DNA of 61,978 nucleotides, counting the filler. It is 9 parts of 9 records of this genome, joined end to end, with 100 filler letters (N's around TTAATTAATTAA, not from the genome) between each part and the next. Parts side by side here need not be neighbours in the genome. Positions count along the whole stretch, not along the records: positions 11,032 to 20,917 come from SRR31156797_46679; positions 21,018 to 28,086 come from SRR31156797_46680; positions 28,187 to 34,131 come from SRR31156797_46689; 6 more parts are not named here. One strand, 5' to 3'. A program made the position numbers and the translations under genes. Positions 20,602 through 30,299 of this stretch are shown here, one piece after another. How positions within the stretch are numbered: position 1 is the stretch's first letter; every line of letters begins with the position of its first letter. Under the pieces are notes generated by a model. The model had not been told where the DNA came from, made no database searches, and saw nothing but the letters and a program-made list of their open reading frames with translations.

Positions 20602-20639
20602 GTCAAAAAGGTGTGAAGAAGATGTCAAAAAGATGTGAA
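20602..20639 (-). promoter_or_regulatory. Two tandem ColR-type boxes upstream of the mipA-OMF-MFP-RND operon
   Basis: Minus strand TTCACATCTTTTTGAC (20639-20624) and TTCACACCTTTTTGAC (20617-20602), 22 bp apart; candidate -10 TATAAC at 20587-20582. Confidence 0.7.
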
Positions 20640-20815
20640 AGGTTTATATCCCCCCCCCCAAAAAAAAAAAAATCTGCATAGCTGATTTTGGCTTGCTTTA
20701 AAAAGAATATTTTTTCTTGTCATTTATTTTTAATTTTTTAATAATCTATTCAAATTGATGATTAAAAAAATCGTATCTAAACTGGCTAAAAGGCAGAGAC
20801 GAAAGGCGGTCATAG

Positions 20816-20917
20816 ATGAAAATGGTTGAACAGGTGTACATAAAATTTTTCAGGCAGAACAGCAGGCAGATTGGAAATCAGGCAGGGTTTTCCTTTATTG
20901 AACTGATGGTGGTTGTC
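20816..20917 (+). CDS. Type IV pilin/pseudopilin, N-terminal fragment
   Basis: MKMVEQVYIKFFRQNSRQIGNQAG/FSFIELMVVV: prepilin G-1, F+1, E+5; cut by contig end. Confidence 0.8.
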
Positions 20918-21017
20918 NNNNNNNNNNNNNNNNNNNNNNNNNNNNNNNNNNNNNNNNNNNNTTAATTAATTAANNNNNNNNNNNNNNNNNNNNNNNNNNN
21001 NNNNNNNNNNNNNNNNN

Positions 21018-23234
21018 ATCATCACGGGCAGCTTCACGCCGACGGTCATCGCGGACATGGTCAACAAGCTCAACGCCGGCTCGCTGCCGGCGCGTCTGAT
21101 CGAACAGCCAATCTCCGAAAAGACCATCGGCCCGTCGATCGGTGCCGACAACGCGCGCCAAGGTATCAAGGCAGGCTTCATCGGCCTGGTGGTCGTGACT
21201 GCTGTCATGTTGGTCTACTATCTGGCAGCCGGAGCCATTGCCGACATCGCCCTGCTGCTGAATATCCTGTTCGTCCTGGCCATCATGGCGGGGCTGCGAG
21301 CGACGTTTACGCTGCCTGGTATCGCCGGTATCATCTTGACGATCGGCATGAGCGTGGATGCGAACGTGCTAATCTTCGAGCGCATCCGTGAGGAACAGCG
21401 CAAGGGTTCCGGCCTGGCCACCGCGATCAGGAACGGCTACGAACGGGCCTTCCGCGCCATCTTCGATGCCAACCTGACCACCTTTATCACAGCCGCGATT
21501 CTCTACTACGTCGCGTCGGAGGAAATCAAGGGCTTCGCCATCGTGTTGATGCTCGGTATCGCCTCGAGTATGTTCACGGCGCTATTCGTCAGTCGAGTCG
21601 TGTTTGATTTCCTCGTCTCGAAACGGATCATTAAGGACCAGATCGCGATGCTGCGGCTCATCCATGAGCCAAACGTCAATTGGATGGGCATGCGGAAGGT
21701 CTTCTTCGCGATCTCGGTGATTCTCATCGTCAGTGGCCTGGCCGTCTTCTTCACCCGGGACAGCGCCAAGAACAACAAGTACGACATTGAATTCACCGGC
21801 GGCACCAGCGTACAAATCAACTTGAAAGAGGATGTCTCGCTATCCCGGCAGGATGTGCAGGATCGCATCCAGGCCATCGGCGCCGAACTGGACAATCCCG
21901 CGCTGCGGGCCGCGAATGTCTACAGCATTGGCGAGTCGGGCCGGCAGTACGAAATTACCACCACGGCCACCAATAAGACGCGCGCCGTGGTCAGCTTCTC
22001 AGCCGGAAATACGCAGACCGCCGAGACCATTACGACGGCCATCAAAGCCGCCCAGTCGGAGCAGGGACGGCAACTGGCCAACCTCAACATCGCCCCGGAT
22101 GGTGACAAGAGCGGCGCCTTCATCATCACCACCAGTCGCGTTAACCCGTCGATCCTTCAGAACATGCTGGAAGGCGCCTTCCCTGACGCGGACGTACCGG
22201 AGCCTGAGATTGACGAAGTCGTCAGCAACGCCATCCGCAAGGCGTTTGAGGGTCAGTTGGAGATTCAGCAGAACCTCCAGCCCACCATCACCGCCGAGAC
22301 CAGGATCGGCGAGGACATGGTTGAGTCCTATCCCGAACTGGCCGACTACATCGGTGGCCTGAAGATCGAGTGCCGCCTGGCGAGAGCCGCATCGATAGAG
22401 AACATCGACCGCCGGCTGAAGGATCTACGCTTCAAGCCCGACACGCAGAACCTCATGTTCTACACGTATGAACTCTTCGCACCCGGCATCAAGCCCGTTG
22501 ACGCCAATGAGCCGCTCGATGCGTTTGTGTATGTCAGCACCGAGCCTGAAGCGGGTCTCCGGGAACTCGCCGAAGACGAGTGGGATCGTTTCACCGAGAA
22601 CGAGCGTTCCCGCGTGCTGGCTGCAACCCAGCTGGAAACGTCCCTGCCGCGCGTCACGCAGATCGATCCGTCGGTCGGTGGCGAGCAGAAGACGCGTGCT
22701 TTGATCGCCATCGTACTTTCGCTGTCGGCCATCGTCGCCTATGTCTGGGTCCGATTCGGCAACGTGCGCTACGGTCTGGCCGCGATTGCCGCCCTGGTGC
22801 ACGATGTTACAATTACGCTCGGCGCCGTGACCGCCTGTACGTACCTGGCCGGCACGGGCCTGGGCCGCGCCCTGCTGCTGGGTGATTTCAAGATCGACCT
22901 GGCGATGATTGCCGCCTTCTTAACGCTGATCGGGTATTCGCTCAACGATACCATCGTCGTCTTCGACCGCATTCGCGAGAACCGCCACAAGGCGCAATTG
23001 AATCCCCAGACAATTACGAACAGTATCAACCAAATGATTTCACGAACGATTATGACCTCGGTGACCACGTTCGTCGTCATCCTGGTGATGTACATCTTCG
23101 GTGGCCAGGGGCTACGCGGCTTCACGTTCGCCATCGGGCTGGGCGTGATCATCGGTACGTATTCGTCGATTGCCATCGCCGCCCCGCTGCTTCTGATCGG
23201 CGTTAACGGGCAGCAGGACACCAGGAAGAAGTAG
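21018..23234 (+). CDS. secDF: Fused SecD/SecF translocase subunit, 5'-truncated
   Basis: LNAGSLPA, IGPSIG, GMSVDANVLIFERIREE, IEFTGG, GYSLNDTIVVFDRIRE, GTYSSIAIA. Confidence 0.96.
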   Translation: MITGSFTPTVIADMVNKLNAGSLPARLIEQPISEKTIGPSIGADNARQGIKAGFIGLVVVTAVMLVYYLAAGAIADIALLLNILFVLAIMAGLRATFTLPGIAGIILTIGMSVDANVLIFERIREEQRKGSGLATAIRNGYERAFRAIFDANLTTFITAAILYYVASEEIKGFAIVLMLGIASSMFTALFVSRVVFDFLVSKRIIKDQIAMLRLIHEPNVNWMGMRKVFFAISVILIVSGLAVFFTRDSAKNNKYDIEFTGGTSVQINLKEDVSLSRQDVQDRIQAIGAELDNPALRAANVYSIGESGRQYEITTTATNKTRAVVSFSAGNTQTAETITTAIKAAQSEQGRQLANLNIAPDGDKSGAFIITTSRVNPSILQNMLEGAFPDADVPEPEIDEVVSNAIRKAFEGQLEIQQNLQPTITAETRIGEDMVESYPELADYIGGLKIECRLARAASIENIDRRLKDLRFKPDTQNLMFYTYELFAPGIKPVDANEPLDAFVYVSTEPEAGLRELAEDEWDRFTENERSRVLAATQLETSLPRVTQIDPSVGGEQKTRALIAIVLSLSAIVAYVWVRFGNVRYGLAAIAALVHDVTITLGAVTACTYLAGTGLGRALLLGDFKIDLAMIAAFLTLIGYSLNDTIVVFDRIRENRHKAQLNPQTITNSINQMISRTIMTSVTTFVVILVMYIFGGQGLRGFTFAIGLGVIIGTYSSIAIAAPLLLIGVNGQQDTRKK

Positions 23235-23314
23235 CACACGTCTTTGCAGGCCATTGCAGGTGAATGATTGCAGGTTCAGACAAGAGCGCTAATCCGCAGT
23301 CGAGGTTCTGTAAC

Positions 23315-23845
23315 GTGGGTAGAGATTTCAAAATAGGATTGATGTCCGGCGTGGTTCTGGGCTTCGTCGCGCTGATCTGGGTGGCCACGCGCCCCAGCCA
23401 GAGCCCACAGGCCCGCATGCTGGCCCCCTCGACAGCCGCTTCGCAGGAGGATCAATCGGGGCAGAGCGCTGTCCCTGAACCCGACGAAAGCGAGCCAACC
23501 AGCCCAGCCGGCCCAGAACCCCAGCAGGACGGCACGTTGCCATCGGAACTCCTCGCCGCCCGATCCGACGCCGCGGAGGAACTTTTCTCTCAGCCAAATC
23601 TACCTGCGTCGCGTCAGCCGGTTGCCCAGCGTACAGAGCCCCCCGATACCACGCGCGACGAACCGCAAGAGAGAATCACCACGACCCGATTTCACATCGT
23701 GCAAAGCGGTGAGACACTGTCGGGGATTTCGCAACAATACTACGGTTCGGCCAGCCGATGGCGCAATATCCTGGAAGCGAACCAGGAGACCATCAAGGAC
23801 CCCGACAGAATCTCGCCCGGAACGAAGCTGATCATCCCGGACTGA
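23315..23845 (+). CDS. Membrane-anchored LysM protein
   Basis: N-terminal TM, Pro/Glu-rich linker, LysM HIVQSGETLSGISQQYYG...PGTKLIIP; GTG start inferred. Confidence 0.88.
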   Translation: MGRDFKIGLMSGVVLGFVALIWVATRPSQSPQARMLAPSTAASQEDQSGQSAVPEPDESEPTSPAGPEPQQDGTLPSELLAARSDAAEELFSQPNLPASRQPVAQRTEPPDTTRDEPQERITTTRFHIVQSGETLSGISQQYYGSASRWRNILEANQETIKDPDRISPGTKLIIPD

Positions 23846-23885
23846 TCCGGTAGAGGCGACCGTCTGTGGTTGCCCTTACCGCCGG

Positions 23886-24647
23886 CTATGGGACCAACGT
23901 TCTTGCCGCATCGCGATCCACCAGCCAGACGATCTTATCGAGAACGGGCCACAAGACGTGGATCGGATATCGCACCTCGTCGGGCTCACTGACCAACACA
24001 TCCCCTAGGACTTGCGCTTTTTCCGGCCCCGAAACCAGGACCGCCAGTCGACGAGCGGCCTGCAAGACAGGATGGGTCAGCGTGATTCTGCTGGGCGTCT
24101 CTCCTAGAGCATAGACCACAGAAACCAAAGCATCGACATCAAACGGAGCGTAGGAATTCGGCAACAGCGATCCGGTGTGCCCATCGGCCCCCATCCCGAG
24201 CACCATTAGATCGAATTGTGGCGTCTCGTCCGGTGCGACGCCGAACGCATCTCGAATCGTCGCTTTGTACACCTCGGCAGCCTCGTGGATGTCGTCGTAT
24301 TCCGTGGGGATGCGGTGGATGTTGTCCGGCGGAATGGGAACTCTGTTCAGGAAGGTCTCAGCTGCCAGTCGGTAATTGCTGCACGGCGAATCGGGCGGAA
24401 CGTAGCGTTCATCCACCCAGAACACCTGTATCTTCGCCCAGTGAAGCGCCCGGACCTCCGGGCTGGCTCCAAGTAATTCGAAGGTCCGCTGTGGGGTTTG
24501 CCCACCGGAGAGGGCCACGTAGAACCTCTCACGCGACGCCAAAGCCTCTCGGGCCGCGGCAATGAAGAACTTGACGGTGCGAAGCGCGAGCGCTTCGGCA
24601 TCCAAGGTGATCTCGATATTCGGTCGGAATTTCGCGGTAGTCTCCAT
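23886..24647 (-). CDS. pgl: 6-phosphogluconolactonase
   Basis: ALSGGQTP, FWVDERYVP, SNY, LGMGADGHTGSL, RITLT. Confidence 0.95.
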   Translation of the reverse strand: METTAKFRPNIEITLDAEALALRTVKFFIAAAREALASRERFYVALSGGQTPQRTFELLGASPEVRALHWAKIQVFWVDERYVPPDSPCSNYRLAAETFLNRVPIPPDNIHRIPTEYDDIHEAAEVYKATIRDAFGVAPDETPQFDLMVLGMGADGHTGSLLPNSYAPFDVDALVSVVYALGETPSRITLTHPVLQAARRLAVLVSGPEKAQVLGDVLVSEPDEVRYPIHVLWPVLDKIVWLVDRDAARTLVP

Positions 24648-24664
24648 ACGTGCCGCTCCAATGG

Positions 24665-24699
24665 AATTTGAAATCCAAGATCTCAAATCTGAAGTTTCC
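24665..24699 (+). repeat. Degenerate heptamer tandem repeat
   Basis: AATTTGA AATCCAA GATCTCA AATCTGA AGTTTCC. Confidence 0.45.
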
Positions 24700-24886
24700 A
24701 GGCAGGCGGGCAGATCTCACGATCCCCCAGAGAGACGCATCTCGATGTGAAACAGCAGTCGGTCGTACGTCCATGGTCCCGCCGCTTTCATTCACAGATA
24801 GACACTACGTAGATCTTCTCACTGAGGACCGGTAATTGCCAGCGAAATCCGTCAGAAACCAGGAAAACTCCTGTGACGACCACATC

Positions 24887-27800
24887 TCATGTCGCCTTCA
24901 GCAGGGCCCGCTTCACGTCTTCCAGGATCATGTAGAGCGACGGCACCAGCAACAGCGTGATGCACGTGGCAAACACCACGCCAAACGCCAGACTGATGGC
25001 CATAGGAATGAGAAAACGTGCTTGCAGGCTCTTCTCTGTGATCATCGGGAGCAGGCCCAGAAACGTCGTCAGCGTGGTCAGCATGATGGGGCGAAAACGC
25101 TGGGTGGCACAGTCGCGCAGGATCTGCGGCAGGGGCGTGCCCGCGGTGCGTTCCCGGTTGATCAGATCGATCATAATCAGCGAATCATTGACGACGACCC
25201 CCGCCAAAGCAACGATGCCAAACATGGAAAGAAGGCTCAGATTGAACCCCATCACCAGATGGCCCAACGTGGCGCCGACCAGCCCGAAGGGAATGGCCGA
25301 CATGACGATCGCCGGCTGGGCGTAGCTACGAAACTGCACCGCCAGAAGACCATAGATCGCCATCACCGCAATGGCGAAATTGATCCAAAGGCTGCCCAGC
25401 GACTCGTTGCGCTCTCGCTGCTCGCCTCCGAAACGGAACTGAAGCCCGGGAAACGCACCGGCCAGTCGCGGTAGAACCGAGGCGTTGAGCTCCGCGTTGA
25501 CCTCGCCCGCATTGGCGACCGCTTCGTCAACATCGGCCGAGACACTGACGACCCGCCGGCGGTCGATCCGCTGGATCGTGGCATAGCCCTGGCCATACTC
25601 GATCTCTGCCACCGTCTCGAACGGAATCTCAGTCCTGTCGGGCAGGCGAATTCTCATGTTCTCCACGTCCGCCAGGCTGCGGCGCTGCTGCTGGGGATAG
25701 CGTATCATCACGCGGATATCGTCCCGACCGCGCTGGATGCGCTGCGCTTCATCGCCATAGAAGCCCTGGCGAACCTGCCGAGCCAGGTCGGCAAGTGTCA
25801 GACCCAGCATCCGACCGGTATCCTTGAGCTTGAGCCGCAGTTCGGTCTTGCCCGGTTCGAAGTCATCCGTGATATCGGTCACGCCGGTATAGTCGCGCAG
25901 AATGGCCTTGAGTTTGTCCGATGCCAACAGCAGCGTATCGAAATCCTGATGGGACAACTCCACCTCGACGGCATTGCCCATGTCGAGGATCTCCGAGTAG
26001 TACTCCAGAGACGAGACGCCGGTGATTTCGCCGACCCTCTCGCGCCAGGCGTTCTTGAGCACGACGCTGGAGACATCGCGCTGCTCCCCACCCAACAGTT
26101 CCACATTGACCTCCGCCAGATGCGATTGGGCGCTGCCACTCATATCCACCTGAACCGGGCCACCACGTCCCATGGTCGGTTGGGCCCCGACCGTGAGAGA
26201 GATGTGCTTCATCAGCGAGGGCTGATCCGGTCGCTGTCGATCGTGTTCGGCGATGACCTCCAGGGCCGCCTGTTCGACCCGCTCGATGATTTCCCGCGTC
26301 TGCTCGACCGGCGTCCCTTGCGGCATCGCAAGCATGGCCACCATATTGTCGGCTTCCACGGCATCGAAGAAGATGAACTTGATGTACCCCCCCGCCACCA
26401 CGCCCACCGTCGCCAGCAGGACCATGATGCCGGTGGCCAAGGTCAGGTACCGCCACCGCACGACTCTCTCCACGAACCCGGCAAAGGGACCATTGATAAA
26501 GGCACGTAGCGTCCGGTCGGTCCACTGGTTGATCCGGTCCGTGCCGCGTCGGAGGAGGCCCCGGCGAGCGGGGTCGCCGCTGGAGAGATGCGCGGGAAGA
26601 ATGAGCAATGCTTCCACCAGCGAGATGGCCAACACGCTGACGACCACAATCGGCAGCACCCGCAGAATCTTGCCCATGATGCCGGCGGTATACGCCAGCG
26701 GGATGAACGCGAACACCGTTGTCAGCACGGCCAGAGTCACGGGCATGGCCATCTCACGCACGCCCGCAATGGCGGCGTCGACGCGATCCAGGCCCCGCTG
26801 GCGATGGGCGAAGATGTTTTCCCCCACCACAATCGCATCATCCACCACAAGCCCCAGCACCATGATGAACGCAAAGAGACTCATCATGTTGATGGTGACA
26901 TTGAAATACTGAATGAGCCAGAACGCCCCGAGAAACGAGATGGGAATCCCCATCGTCGTCCAGAATGCCAGTCGGATATTGAGGAAGAACGTCAGGCACA
27001 GAAAGACCAGGGCCAATCCAATGTATCCATTACGCTTCAGAAGACCCAGGCGGTCTCTCAGGATCTGCGAATCGTCTTCCCACAGGGCCAGGGAGACCCC
27101 TTCGGGCAGGTACGATCGCTTCGCCTCCACGTAACGCTTGACCGTGTTGGCGACATCGACCGCGTCCTGTTCACCAATCCGAAAGACTTGGACGGAAGCG
27201 GCACGCCGGCCGTCGAACTTGGCATACAGATCCACGTCCTCAAACGCATCGCGTACCGTGGCAATGTCCCCCAGTCGCACCTGTGTCCCGTCATTCCTCG
27301 TTAGAACGATGATATCCTCAAACTCTGCGCCGCGGTACCTCTGGCCTTTGGTCCTGACGAGAATCTCGCCACCGGCCGTCTTGACCGATCCCCCTGGAAT
27401 ATCCAATGAGGAACGGCTGACCGCCTGCGACACCGCGTCGAAACTCAGATTGTATCGGCGCAGATTCTCCTCCGGAATCTCGATGGAAATCTCCAGAGGG
27501 CGCACCCCCGAAACGCTCGCCTGGCTGATATTGTCCAGAGCCGTCAGATCGTCACGAATCTGGTCGGCCAGCACCTTCAGCGTCTTCTCGGAGACATCAC
27601 CGGACAAGACAATGGAAATCACCTTCTGCCGCGTCTTGATCTCGGCAATAATGGGTTTCTCCGTCTCTTCCGGAAAGGTGATAATCGTATCCACTTCAGC
27701 CTTGATATCATCGAGCACCGCTGTCGCGTTCGCATACTCCTCGACTTCGACCAGTGTCGAGCCTCCACCCTCAGAGGCCGTCGAAGTCATGCGTTTGATC

Positions 27801-28048
27801 CCCTCCACGCCGGCAATCGCCTCTTCGACCCGAACGCACACGCCCTCTTCCACGTCGTCGGGGGACGCTCCGAGATAGGGAATAGAGACGTTGATCATGT
27901 CCAGGCTGAACTCGGGGAACACTTCCATCTTGGCCGTGAAGATCGAGAGCAGGCCGGCGACCACAATCAGCAGCATCAGCAGATTGGCCGCCACGTGGTT
28001 CGAGGCAAACCACGCCAAGATGCCTTTTCGTTCACTCGACGGTTCCAC
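24887..28048 (-). CDS. RND efflux permease (AcrB/AcrD/AcrF family)
   Basis: 1053 aa; GASPDDVEEG, GLVVDDAIVVGE, GVVVNDSLIM, RFRPIMLTTLTT. Confidence 0.95.
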   Translation of the reverse strand: MEPSSERKGILAWFASNHVAANLLMLLIVVAGLLSIFTAKMEVFPEFSLDMINVSIPYLGASPDDVEEGVCVRVEEAIAGVEGIKRMTSTASEGGGSTLVEVEEYANATAVLDDIKAEVDTIITFPEETEKPIIAEIKTRQKVISIVLSGDVSEKTLKVLADQIRDDLTALDNISQASVSGVRPLEISIEIPEENLRRYNLSFDAVSQAVSRSSLDIPGGSVKTAGGEILVRTKGQRYRGAEFEDIIVLTRNDGTQVRLGDIATVRDAFEDVDLYAKFDGRRAASVQVFRIGEQDAVDVANTVKRYVEAKRSYLPEGVSLALWEDDSQILRDRLGLLKRNGYIGLALVFLCLTFFLNIRLAFWTTMGIPISFLGAFWLIQYFNVTINMMSLFAFIMVLGLVVDDAIVVGENIFAHRQRGLDRVDAAIAGVREMAMPVTLAVLTTVFAFIPLAYTAGIMGKILRVLPIVVVSVLAISLVEALLILPAHLSSGDPARRGLLRRGTDRINQWTDRTLRAFINGPFAGFVERVVRWRYLTLATGIMVLLATVGVVAGGYIKFIFFDAVEADNMVAMLAMPQGTPVEQTREIIERVEQAALEVIAEHDRQRPDQPSLMKHISLTVGAQPTMGRGGPVQVDMSGSAQSHLAEVNVELLGGEQRDVSSVVLKNAWRERVGEITGVSSLEYYSEILDMGNAVEVELSHQDFDTLLLASDKLKAILRDYTGVTDITDDFEPGKTELRLKLKDTGRMLGLTLADLARQVRQGFYGDEAQRIQRGRDDIRVMIRYPQQQRRSLADVENMRIRLPDRTEIPFETVAEIEYGQGYATIQRIDRRRVVSVSADVDEAVANAGEVNAELNASVLPRLAGAFPGLQFRFGGEQRERNESLGSLWINFAIAVMAIYGLLAVQFRSYAQPAIVMSAIPFGLVGATLGHLVMGFNLSLLSMFGIVALAGVVVNDSLIMIDLINRERTAGTPLPQILRDCATQRFRPIMLTTLTTFLGLLPMITEKSLQARFLIPMAISLAFGVVFATCITLLLVPSLYMILEDVKRALLKAT

Positions 28049-28245
28049 CTACTCTTCCCCCGCCGCCCCAGCGCTCGGGGCCGTCANNNNNNNNNNNNNN
28101 NNNNNNNNNNNNNNNNNNNNNNNNNNNNNNTTAATTAATTAANNNNNNNNNNNNNNNNNNNNNNNNNNNNNNNNNNNNNNNNNNNNGAACTTAAATATGA
28201 GAAACGCTATAAATGATCCCTGCCCACAAGAGAAGGCGCAATAAT

Positions 28246-28644
28246 TTAATTTCGGTTAGGCACAAGATTAATTATGGTTTCGATAATCCCTTCATTATCG
28301 GCGGAAGGGCCAAAGGAGGCTGCCACGCCCATTTCCTTTAATTTAACGCTATCTCCCGGCGTAATGACCGAACCGCCAACAACGATCGGGATATTCACAC
28401 CTTTATCTTTAAAAAGCCTCAGTAATTCGGGAATGTAATACAAATATTCCCAGGAATGACAGCTGAGGCCCACAACATCCACGTATTCCTGGATGCTGGT
28501 CTGAACGATCATTGGCGGTGTATTAAATCTGCCCGCGTATATGACTTCCATGCCGGCGTCTCGAAGCATCCTCGAAACGGCGATCGCACCAACTTCATGT
28601 TGATCCAGGCCTAGTAGTCCCATAAATACTCTTATTTTACCCAT
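28246..28644 (-). CDS. Cobalamin-binding small subunit of an acyl-CoA mutase
   Basis: GLDQHEVGA (DxHxxG), LRDAGMEVIY, VVGLS, VVGG. Confidence 0.93.
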   Translation of the reverse strand: MGKIRVFMGLLGLDQHEVGAIAVSRMLRDAGMEVIYAGRFNTPPMIVQTSIQEYVDVVGLSCHSWEYLYYIPELLRLFKDKGVNIPIVVGGSVITPGDSVKLKEMGVAASFGPSADNEGIIETIINLVPNRN

Positions 28645-28656
28645 AAAAAAACCTCA

Positions 28657-30252
28657 CTACATCGGCGGGTCGACAAAACCGAACGGATCATAAGGCCAAT
28701 TATAGGCCATACGTAGAACGCCGCCGACTTCCTGGATGGTGGCGTTCGCTTCGGTTGCTTTAATAATTGGATACATCAGGTTTTGATCCGATTTTTTTGC
28801 TATTTGATACACCTCTTGTAAAACCGCTTTAATAAGGTCGGGATCCCTCCTTTTCTTAATTTCCTCGATCTGTTCAATACGCTCCCAGGAGGGTTCGATC
28901 TTGGACTCCGCCACCTCTTTCAACAAAGTATCCTCATGATCCGGAATCTGAAAAACGTTCAAACCGACTTTTTTAAGCTCCTTATCCTTGATCTGACGAG
29001 CATAACGTTCCATGGCCTCATCAATAAGTTTTTTGAACCAGCCTTTATCCGATAATTCCGCGGGATCCCCCATAGACTCGATTTTTACAATCATTTCCCA
29101 AATGCGGTTTTCGATCTCATCCGTCAGGGATTCCATATAGTAAGATCCCCCAAGAGGATCGATTACCTTGCTGACGCCTGTTTCCAGGTGGATTACCTGC
29201 TGGGTCCGGAGTCCAATCAAATGGGATTCCGGACTGGGCGTCCGGTAGGCTTCATCAAAAGCGGAAATCTCCAAGGCTTGGACGCCTGCCATCACCAGGG
29301 CCAGGCTCTGAATTGCGCCCCGCACTACATTCATGACCGGCTGCTGGGCGGTGAGAGACAAGCCGGACGTATGACAGGTGATAACCGTAGCCCATGAGCG
29401 TGGATCCTTGGCGCCGAATTCCTCTTTCATCATACGGGCAAACAAGCGTCTTGTCGCTCTAATCTTGGCGATTTCTTCAAAGAAATCCATACTACAGTTG
29501 ACAAGGACGGCGATTCTCGGGGCAAAGCTGTCAATATCCACGCCACGTCTGAGCAGTTCGCGCACAACGTGGCGTATTTCAATAAAGCCCAGGGCCATTT
29601 CTTCAACTGCGTCGAGTCCGGCTTCGCTGGGGAAATAGGTGTCTTCCACAAAGGCGTGGAACTTGGGCATTTCCTTGCTGCAAAATTCAATAGAGTCACA
29701 GGCCATTCGCAATCGAAGGTTAAAAGGCATCTGAACGGCGTATCCGCAGTCTTCAGCAAAGAAGGGCGCCTGAATCAGGGACCCACGGAGTTTCTTAGGA
29801 GAAACATTATGTTCTTTGGCCACAAGGTATAACCCGGCGATAGCGAAAGGCGCGGGCAACGAGTTTGAAATGGTAATGGAGTCCAACGGGATGTTTTTGT
29901 ACAGATCCCGGTAGTCCTGAAGACAACAAATGGAAACCCCTTGAGTCCCAACCGTTTTGGCCGCCAATGGATGGTCCGGGTCCAGATGGGCCTGTGTCGG
30001 GCTGTCGCCGATCACATCTATCCCCATCTGGCCTTTTTCGATCAAATATTTAATCTGTTCATTGGAGCGGGAGGGGCTGCCCTCCCCGGACAGCTCCCGT
30101 TGAATCCAGCCCCATGATTGGGCGCGAATACCCCGGGTAAATGGATATGCACCCGGATCATTGAGTTTTTCTTCATAATTGTCAGATTTATTATCATCCG
30201 GTTTATATATGGTTTTAAGAGGTATTTGAGAACGAGAGTATTGCTCGGTCAT
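28657..30252 (-). CDS. Divergent B12-dependent acyl-CoA mutase large (TIM-barrel) subunit
   Basis: PGAYPFTRG, FFEEIAKIRATRRL, SLTAQQP, DEA, LRTQQVI, DPLGGSYYMESLT; specificity motifs atypical. Confidence 0.92.
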   Translation of the reverse strand: MTEQYSRSQIPLKTIYKPDDNKSDNYEEKLNDPGAYPFTRGIRAQSWGWIQRELSGEGSPSRSNEQIKYLIEKGQMGIDVIGDSPTQAHLDPDHPLAAKTVGTQGVSICCLQDYRDLYKNIPLDSITISNSLPAPFAIAGLYLVAKEHNVSPKKLRGSLIQAPFFAEDCGYAVQMPFNLRLRMACDSIEFCSKEMPKFHAFVEDTYFPSEAGLDAVEEMALGFIEIRHVVRELLRRGVDIDSFAPRIAVLVNCSMDFFEEIAKIRATRRLFARMMKEEFGAKDPRSWATVITCHTSGLSLTAQQPVMNVVRGAIQSLALVMAGVQALEISAFDEAYRTPSPESHLIGLRTQQVIHLETGVSKVIDPLGGSYYMESLTDEIENRIWEMIVKIESMGDPAELSDKGWFKKLIDEAMERYARQIKDKELKKVGLNVFQIPDHEDTLLKEVAESKIEPSWERIEQIEEIKKRRDPDLIKAVLQEVYQIAKKSDQNLMYPIIKATEANATIQEVGGVLRMAYNWPYDPFGFVDPPM

Positions 30253-30299
30253 AAAAAGTCTCCACTGGCCTTTTAATATACTTAAAAGAGCCCCAGTTA

